From NCBI GenBank assembly GCA_964604585.1, contig CAZRZQ010000003.1, forward strand, positions 1,847 to 32,797: a stretch of DNA of 30,951 nucleotides. Reading direction: 5' to 3'. The position numbers and the translations under genes are program-made. Shown piece by piece: positions 24,461 through 30,951 of this stretch; the stretch's first letter is position 1; the number at the start of each line of letters is the position of its first letter. This DNA is from an uncultured Gammaproteobacteria bacterium. GTDB lineage: Bacteria > Patescibacteriota > Patescibacteriia > Magasanikbacterales > GWA2-37-8. The notes beneath the pieces are model-generated. The model was not told the DNA's origin. It was given only the letters and a program-made list of their open reading frames with translations, and made no database searches.

Positions 24461-26971
24461 ATGGAAACACCTTCCGAGACGATTAAAATACTGGATAGTA
24501 AAAAACGGTACACTGGGTTAACCACGAGTGAAGCGGTGGCACGATTGAAATTACATGGTCCGAACCAACGGCCGACTCGTCCGCCGAAACGGTGGTGGAA
24601 GCAGACGTGGGAAGTTTTTAGTGAGCCGATGATGTTATTAATACTTATCACGGCGTTTTTTTATTTTGTCTTAGGTGAGTTAGTAGAAGCGGTAATTTTT
24701 TTAGTAGCCATTATTCCGATTGGCCTAATGGAGTTACTGGAGAAAAAGAAAACTGATAACGCCATCGCAGTCTTGGACAAGTTAATGGTTGAGCACTGTA
24801 TGGTTTTTCGAAATGGTAGTGCTGTAAAAATTGAGGCTAAGGATTTAGTGCCCGACGACTTGGTATATTTAACCGCTGGGGATAAAGTTCCTGCTGACGG
24901 TTATATCTACGACACACCGGGGTTAATGGTGGATGAGTCAGTTTTAACTGGCGAATCGATCGCGGTTATTAAAACTGCTTTAACAGCATCAGATAAAAAA
25001 GAGGTTCCGGAGCACCGTTTGTATCAAGGTACCTTGGTTGTTCAAGGCGAAGGTTATCTGATGGTAACGGCAACGGGTGCTAAAACCGCCTATGGGGCAC
25101 TCGGGAGTTTGCTAGAAAAAATTGTGGCACAAAGGACTCCTTTAGAAAAAAAGATTCATTCTTTGGTCGAGAAAATTGCGGTTGTTGCTTTTTTGACAGC
25201 AATCACCGTCGGGATTATTTTGGGCATAAAAGACAATTGGCAAGCCGGAGTTTTGGGCGGGTTAGCGATGGCTATGTCTTTAATTCCAGAAGAAATGCCG
25301 GTAGTGTTTAATGTTTTTTTAATTCTCGGCGTTTGGCGCATGGCCAAACAAAAAGCGATGATCCGCGAAATGGCCATGGTGGAAACACTAGGTTCAGCCA
25401 CAGTCATTTGTACAGATAAGACCGGTACTTTGACCGAGGGGCGAATGGCTTTAGAGCAGGTATATTTTGAGGGTAAATTTGTTGATTTAAAGAAAAAAGC
25501 TAACCAGCTTGATCTAAATCTAATTTTGGAAACCGCTATTTTAGCTTTGGAAAAAGTGGCGATTGATCCGATTGAAGTCGAGGCGCAACGCTATGCACGC
25601 GTTTATGGATTAGACGTGGAAAAAATGTTTAGCGAAAGGAAGCTCCTTCAAGACTCCTCGTTTGATGCCAAAACCAAAATGGTCCATCATATGTGGGAAG
25701 ATCAAACAGGCGAGGTTTGCCAATACACGGTTGGCGCCCCAGAGTTTGTGATTAAGGCATGTGGTTCAAATGAGGTAGGGAGAGAAAAATTGTTGAGTGA
25801 TTATAACCAAGTAGCGGAAGGCGGCTACCGGGTGGTGGCGGTCGCCAAGAAATGTCGGGCCAAAGGTGAAAAAATTCAATTAGAAAATTTGGAATTTATC
25901 GGATTGCTTATCATGAGTGATCCGCCGAGAGAAGGAGTGGAAGAAGCGATCGCGCTTTGCCAGAAAGCCGGTATCCGGATTATTATGATTACCGGAGATA
26001 ATAAACTCACGGCGCACAGTATCGCTGAGAGTATTGGGATAAAACATAATGAAGAAATAATTAGTGGTGAAGAGCTAGTGAAATATTCCAATGAAGAATT
26101 AAAAAAGATTGTCGCGACCCGAGATATTTTCGCCCGGATTAGGCCAGAACAAAAATTTTCCATTGTTGAGGCCTTGCAGGCCAATGGAGAAATTGTGGCC
26201 ATGACCGGTGATGGTGTTAATGACGCGCCAGCTTTAAAAAAAGCGAATATTGGGGTGGCGATGGGTGAGAAAGGAACCGAAGTGGCTCGTGCGGCGGCTG
26301 GTATTGTTCTTCTTAATGACAATTTTTCGACGATCGTCAACGCAGTTAAAGAAGGGCGGCGCATTTATGACAACTTGCGCCAAGCGTTTGTTTTCCTCGC
26401 CTCCTTTCATTTGCCAATTATTGGTTTGGCGCTCATGCCGCTTTTTCTTGGCCAGGATTTAATTTTTCTTCCAATTCACATTATTTTTTTGGAATTAATT
26501 TGCGACCCGGCATCAGTTCTGGGCTTTGAGCGAGAAGTACCGCGACAGGGATTGATGACCGATCGGCCACGGCCTGTACAAGAGTCGCTTATCCCGGCTC
26601 GTTTGTGGCTCCGGGTGGTGATACAGGGTCTAGCCATATTTGCGGTGAGCTTTGGCCTCTATGCTTATTTTGGTTTATACCAAGGCAATTTATTATTAGG
26701 ACGAACACTAGCCTTTGTTTCACTAGTTTTGAGTCAAATCTTTATGATTCTCGTCACTCGAGAATGGTTTCAGGTCAAAAGAAACAAGTTACTTTTAACG
26801 ATCAGCGTCTTAACGGCGGTGGTAATTGAAGCCGTCATTATTGTGCCGTTTTTACGTGATTTATTCGGTTTTGTCGCTCTTAATGTTACTTTACAGTTGT
26901 TGGTTTGGTTGTTACCGCTCGGTGTAATGATCCTAACTAAATTATTAGTATTAAAAAATTTGAATAAATAA
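24461..26971 (+). CDS. Cation-transporting P-type ATPase (type II-like)
   Basis: TGES, IPEE, DKTGTLT, MITGD, GDGVNDAPAL. Confidence 0.95.
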   Translation: METPSETIKILDSKKRYTGLTTSEAVARLKLHGPNQRPTRPPKRWWKQTWEVFSEPMMLLILITAFFYFVLGELVEAVIFLVAIIPIGLMELLEKKKTDNAIAVLDKLMVEHCMVFRNGSAVKIEAKDLVPDDLVYLTAGDKVPADGYIYDTPGLMVDESVLTGESIAVIKTALTASDKKEVPEHRLYQGTLVVQGEGYLMVTATGAKTAYGALGSLLEKIVAQRTPLEKKIHSLVEKIAVVAFLTAITVGIILGIKDNWQAGVLGGLAMAMSLIPEEMPVVFNVFLILGVWRMAKQKAMIREMAMVETLGSATVICTDKTGTLTEGRMALEQVYFEGKFVDLKKKANQLDLNLILETAILALEKVAIDPIEVEAQRYARVYGLDVEKMFSERKLLQDSSFDAKTKMVHHMWEDQTGEVCQYTVGAPEFVIKACGSNEVGREKLLSDYNQVAEGGYRVVAVAKKCRAKGEKIQLENLEFIGLLIMSDPPREGVEEAIALCQKAGIRIIMITGDNKLTAHSIAESIGIKHNEEIISGEELVKYSNEELKKIVATRDIFARIRPEQKFSIVEALQANGEIVAMTGDGVNDAPALKKANIGVAMGEKGTEVARAAAGIVLLNDNFSTIVNAVKEGRRIYDNLRQAFVFLASFHLPIIGLALMPLFLGQDLIFLPIHIIFLELICDPASVLGFEREVPRQGLMTDRPRPVQESLIPARLWLRVVIQGLAIFAVSFGLYAYFGLYQGNLLLGRTLAFVSLVLSQIFMILVTREWFQVKRNKLLLTISVLTAVVIEAVIIVPFLRDLFGFVALNVTLQLLVWLLPLGVMILTKLLVLKNLNK

Positions 26972-26974
26972 TTT

Positions 26975-27973
26975 ATGTCAAAAAATAATCTTACAGTTTT
27001 GGGAGCTGGGAATATGGGTACAGCTATCGCGCAAGTTCTCGCAAATAATGGACATGAATTAAAAATATGGAATTACGAGCACGACTTGGAACCATTAACA
27101 CAGATCGAGAAGGACCAGGAAAATAAAAAGTATTTTCCGGGGTTAAAACTTTCTACTCGTATTAAACCCGAACCAGATTTGCAGAAAGCCGTAGCGGGAG
27201 CAGATGTTGTTTTTGTAGTAATCCCGAGCGCGTTTTTTGCCGCGACGATCGAGCGCGCCATGAAGTTTATGAAAAAACAGGTCATTTATGTTTCGTTGTC
27301 TAAGGGATTAGACGAAAGTAAAATGATTCTTTTAAGTGAAGTAATAGAGTGGACATTAAAAAATATTGGTGGTAAAGCCGTGGTCTTGTCGGGGCCAGCG
27401 ATTGCCAAGGATTTAGGACATGGTTATTTTACGGCCATGAATATTGCTGGTAAAAATATAAACGATGTTAAAAAAGTGGCTAAGCTTCTGGAAAACAAAT
27501 ATTTAAAATTAGTGCCGACTCGTGATGTTACCGGTGTCCAACTCGGTGGGGTTTGCAAAAATGCCTATGCCTTACTTTTTGGGCTATGTGACGGATTGGA
27601 ATTGCCCATGAATACCAAAGCAGCTCTTTTAGTTTTTGCTTTGCGTGAGATGGGGGGAATCATCCAGGCTTTTGGTGGTAAAAAAGAAACAGCTTATGAA
27701 TTGGCGGGGGTAGGGGATTTGATTGGCACGAGTTTTTCTCCCCACAGCCGGAACCGTCGTTGTGGTGAATATATCGGTCGTGGTAAAAAACCTCAAGAAG
27801 CAACAGTGGAAGTTGGACAGGTAGTAGAAGGTATTAAAACTGTTGATTTAATTTTGAAATTAGCCAGAAAAAAGAAAATTAAACTACCGCTAATCGAAAC
27901 AGTTAAAAAGATTGTCGTAGACGGACGAAACGCTAAGGAAGAATTGGAAAAATTTTTGCTTAAGTCGTTTTAA
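26975..27973 (+). CDS. gpsA: NAD(P)H-dependent glycerol-3-phosphate dehydrogenase
   Basis: GAGNMGTA, SGPAIA, GGVCKN, AGVGDL, SRNR, VVEG. Confidence 0.95.
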   Translation: MSKNNLTVLGAGNMGTAIAQVLANNGHELKIWNYEHDLEPLTQIEKDQENKKYFPGLKLSTRIKPEPDLQKAVAGADVVFVVIPSAFFAATIERAMKFMKKQVIYVSLSKGLDESKMILLSEVIEWTLKNIGGKAVVLSGPAIAKDLGHGYFTAMNIAGKNINDVKKVAKLLENKYLKLVPTRDVTGVQLGGVCKNAYALLFGLCDGLELPMNTKAALLVFALREMGGIIQAFGGKKETAYELAGVGDLIGTSFSPHSRNRRCGEYIGRGKKPQEATVEVGQVVEGIKTVDLILKLARKKKIKLPLIETVKKIVVDGRNAKEELEKFLLKSF

Positions 27974-28101
27974 AATAAAAAGACCTTCCGCCAGTTTGGG
28001 GCTTATAAACCCCGGCCGAAAGCCTTTCTTGTTTTTAAGATACCATATTGTCATAAATGGTCAAGTGGTTATTGGGTTAACGGAAAGAATAGAGAGTGTT
28101 T

Positions 28102-29826
28102 ATGCTAAAAGAACGAAATAACGAAAGAGAAATAACGATCTTGTCTTTGGTGTTTTTGGCCATCGCCTTGTTTATTATTGTCCGTCTTTTAATTTTACAA
28201 ATTCTCCAGCACGATTATTATTCTTTGTTCGCCCTAAACACTCATGAGATTTACCAGAAGCTTTATCCGGCGCGTGGTAGTATATATTATCGTGATGCTC
28301 GGGGCGACAAAGAATATCCCGCGGCGGTTAATCGGGGATATTATCTGGTTTACGCTGTACCGCAAGATATTCCACAAGATAAAATTACCGAAGTAGGGGA
28401 TAAATTAAGCGAGGTCTTTGGTTTTGTTGAAGAAGACAAAACCAAACTTTTAGAGAAGCTTTCTAAAAGCGACGATCCGTATGAGCCAGTGCAAAAAAAA
28501 GTAGATGAGGCAACCTGGGAAAAAATAGCGGCCCTAAATTTACCGGGGATATACAAAGCATCACAAAAGTTTCGTTACTACCCGGAAGCTAATTTAGCGT
28601 CAAATATTTTAGGTTTTACCGGTGAAAGCGAAAACGGTAGTTTGGTTGGGAGCTACGGCTTGGAAGGGTATTGGAACAAAGAATTATCTGGTAAATCCGG
28701 ATTTTTAGCCGGTGAGCAGGGAGCCCTTGGTTCGTGGATTGCGAGCGCCGGTCGTACCCTGGTCAAAGCTGAAGAGGGGCGAGACTTAGTTTTGACGCTT
28801 GACCGCTCTGTTCAGAACAAAGCCTGTGCAGTTTTAAAAAAAGGCTTTGAAGAATACAAAGCTAAAAGTGCTTCTTTAATTTTAATGAATCCGAAAACTG
28901 GCGCGGTATACGCGATGTGTAGTTATCCGGATTTTGATCCGAATAACTATTCAAAAGTAAAAAATTTGGAGGAGTTTAATAACACAAATATTTTTACGGC
29001 CTATGAGCCGGGTTCGGTATTTAAACCAATAACCATGGCGGCGGCTCTGGATCAGAACCTGGTTAATCCAAATACCACTTTTCAAGATCCATGTGAACGT
29101 AAAATTGACGGGTTTACTATTAGGAATGCTTTAAAAAAATGCTACGGTCGGATCACAATGACTCAAACTTTGGAAAATTCGGTGAACACGGCGATGATTT
29201 GGGTGCAAGAACAATTGGGTCGGGAGCGCTTTCAAGATTATGTAAAAAAGTTTGGTTTTGGTGAAAAAACCGGCATTGAATTAAACACAGAAGTAGAGGG
29301 CAACATATCTTCTTTAGAAAAAAAAGGTAAAGTGTATGGTGCGGTCGGTTCGTTTGGTCAGGGGCTAACAGTAACGCCGATGCAGATTGCCACGGCTTAC
29401 GCCGCTATTGCGAATGGCGGCAAGATGCCGCGGCCATATGTGGTGGCTGAACAGCGATATGCCGATGGGCGGAAGGAAAAAACTGAACCACGTATTGTCG
29501 AGAATGTTATTTCTGAGCGCGCCGCAAAGCTTTTAACCGGGATGATGGTTTCAGTAGTAGAAAATACTTACACTACTCGAGTGAAGCTCGACCATTATTA
29601 TGTGGCTGGTAAAACCGGTACTGCCCAGATTCCTGGTAAAGGTGGTTACACCGAAGAAACTAACCATACTTTTGGCGGATTCTTTCCGGCTGATGATCCG
29701 GGGTTTGTAATGGTGGTAAAGTACGAAGCGCCACAACGTGAATGGGCGGAATCGACGGCCGCACCCACTTTTAAAGAAGTGGCGGAGTTTGTATTAAAGT
29801 ATTTTGCGGTGCCGGAAGAACGGTAG
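28102..29826 (+). CDS. ftsI: Class B penicillin-binding protein (FtsI/PBP2 family)
   Basis: N-terminal TM, RGSIY, EPGSVFK (SxxK), SVN (SxN), GKTGTAQ (KTG). Position before murF favours ftsI. The track starts at GTG 28096. Confidence 0.85.
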   Translation: MLKERNNEREITILSLVFLAIALFIIVRLLILQILQHDYYSLFALNTHEIYQKLYPARGSIYYRDARGDKEYPAAVNRGYYLVYAVPQDIPQDKITEVGDKLSEVFGFVEEDKTKLLEKLSKSDDPYEPVQKKVDEATWEKIAALNLPGIYKASQKFRYYPEANLASNILGFTGESENGSLVGSYGLEGYWNKELSGKSGFLAGEQGALGSWIASAGRTLVKAEEGRDLVLTLDRSVQNKACAVLKKGFEEYKAKSASLILMNPKTGAVYAMCSYPDFDPNNYSKVKNLEEFNNTNIFTAYEPGSVFKPITMAAALDQNLVNPNTTFQDPCERKIDGFTIRNALKKCYGRITMTQTLENSVNTAMIWVQEQLGRERFQDYVKKFGFGEKTGIELNTEVEGNISSLEKKGKVYGAVGSFGQGLTVTPMQIATAYAAIANGGKMPRPYVVAEQRYADGRKEKTEPRIVENVISERAAKLLTGMMVSVVENTYTTRVKLDHYYVAGKTGTAQIPGKGGYTEETNHTFGGFFPADDPGFVMVVKYEAPQREWAESTAAPTFKEVAEFVLKYFAVPEER

Positions 29827-29882
29827 ACCCTTGTTAAATTTCACTAAAAATGGTAGCTTATCCCTGGTAAACTAACTATATT

Positions 29883-30951
29883 ATGAAAACTATTTTAATT
29901 AAGATTCTTCGCTTTTTATCTAAAAGGATAATTCGGAAATACCATCCGGATGTGGTTGGGATTACTGGGTCAATCGGTAAAACATCAGCCAAAGAAGCGA
30001 CTACGATGGTGCTCGGCGGTCGTTTCCGAGTCCGGAAAAGCCCAAAGAATTATAACAATGAAATTGGGGTACCACTAGCCATTATTGGTTTTGACAAAAC
30101 TCCCGGTAAATCTTTACTGGGTTGGCTTAAGGTTTTGGGGCAGGGAGTGGGGTTATTGTTAAAACGGGATAAAATTTATCCGGAGATTTTAGTTTTGGAA
30201 ATGGGGGCAGACAAACCAGGAGACATAAAATATTTGGTAGACATTGCGCCGTGTCAGGTGGGGGTTTTAACTTACGTTGCTCACGCACACACAGAATTTT
30301 TTAAGACAATTAAAAAAATTGCTGAAGAAAAAAGAACTATTTTAACTCACCTTAGTAATGAAGGTGTAGCGGTAGTGAATTACGACAACCCGGAATCTTT
30401 ACAGGCGGCCAGGGGTATAAAAGCCGAATTAGTTACTTTTGGTTTTCAGCTGGGCGCGGATTTACAAGCGACGGATGTTAATATAATCAAGGGAGAAAAT
30501 GGTTGGCCGGCTGGTTTGAATTTTAAAGTTTTACACAAGGGAAGTATTGTGCCCGTTTTTTTGCCAGGAATTGTTGCTGAGCATTTAATACCATCAGTTT
30601 TAGCGGCTATTGCCGTTGGTCTTTCAATGGGGATAAATTTGGTTGAAGCGGCGGAATCACTGCGTGCCCTAGAGCCACTGCCTGGCCATATGCGATTAGT
30701 GTCTGGGATAAAGCATACATTACTAATTGACGACACATATAACTCCAGCCCCGAACCAACTAAATCGGCTTTAGCCACATTAGCTAAAGTAGATTTGCAG
30801 CCAGGAGCGGAAAGATACGCTGTACTGGCAGATATGCTTGAACTCGGGCCAGAAACAACGAACGCCCATCGCGAAGTAGGTTTCCGGGTGGCAGAATTGG
30901 GGATAAATTATCTCATTACGGTTGGTGAAGCATCCAAGGAGACTGCACGAG
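29883..30951 (+). CDS. murF: UDP-MurNAc-tripeptide:D-Ala-D-Ala ligase; 3' truncated (absent from the ORF track)
   Basis: My translation from ATG 29883: MKTILIKILRFLSKRIIRKYHPDVVGITGSIGKTSAKE...NYNNEIGVPL...LVLEMGADKPGDI...IDDTYNSSP...VLADMLELG; open to the window end. Confidence 0.93.
   Translation, partial: MKTILIKILRFLSKRIIRKYHPDVVGITGSIGKTSAKEATTMVLGGRFRVRKSPKNYNNEIGVPLAIIGFDKTPGKSLLGWLKVLGQGVGLLLKRDKIYPEILVLEMGADKPGDIKYLVDIAPCQVGVLTYVAHAHTEFFKTIKKIAEEKRTILTHLSNEGVAVVNYDNPESLQAARGIKAELVTFGFQLGADLQATDVNIIKGENGWPAGLNFKVLHKGSIVPVFLPGIVAEHLIPSVLAAIAVGLSMGINLVEAAESLRALEPLPGHMRLVSGIKHTLLIDDTYNSSPEPTKSALATLAKVDLQPGAERYAVLADMLELGPETTNAHREVGFRVAELGINYLITVGEASKETAR

Noticed and set aside
27974-28095. 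Hairpin gggg-cttataaa-cccc between gpsA and ftsI
   Set aside because: Only a 4-6 bp stem with no adjacent U-run; too weak to call a terminator or RNA element.
14016-30778. Short antisense ORFs in the track (e.g. 14016..14438, 25876..26364, 30446..30778)
   Set aside because: They lie opposite well-supported genes (mraY, P-type ATPase, murF) and show no motifs.
2531-30951. Alternative genetic code (UGA = Gly, code 25)
   Set aside because: TGA ends several full-length genes (10262, 13022, 16714, 22183, 24447), including at ATGA overlaps.

Overview
Two compositionally distinct parts. Bases 1-~2450 hold two GC-rich genes (roughly 65-70% by eye): a 5'-truncated Cys/Asp-rich MopE-type repeat protein with three identical 150-bp repeats, and a small Cys-rich lipoprotein-like ORF. 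Between them lie a ~320-nt run of nine hairpins ending in an intrinsic terminator and an AT-rich sigma70 promoter. Bases ~2450-30951 are compact, AT-rich (roughly 35-40% GC by eye), genetic code 11 and mostly lack Shine-Dalgarno sites; gene content resembles Patescibacteria/CPR (inference). This part has a surface-glycan module (O-antigen ligase-like, radical SAM, GT4, GHL15-like/FG-GAP) with a RhuM-Fic gene and a DUF6922/AbiEii toxin-antitoxin-like pair, then an unusual cell-wall locus, then hpf, an LTA-synthase-family protein, transketolase, a P-type ATPase, gpsA, a class B PBP and a 3'-truncated murF. The most interesting feature is the locus at 10272-19478. It combines mraY, an ATE/Bpt-like aminoacyl-tRNA transferase and mpl in one operon, a 54-aa LysW-like protein missed by the ORF track (ends DEGK, not EDWGE), a fold-II PLP enzyme, a coupled ATP-grasp ligase + NlpC/P60-like peptidase pair, and murB. 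No murC/D/E is present in the window. Hypothesis (not established): a non-canonical route to the peptidoglycan stem peptide. All family assignments come from motif recognition by eye; no searches were run.
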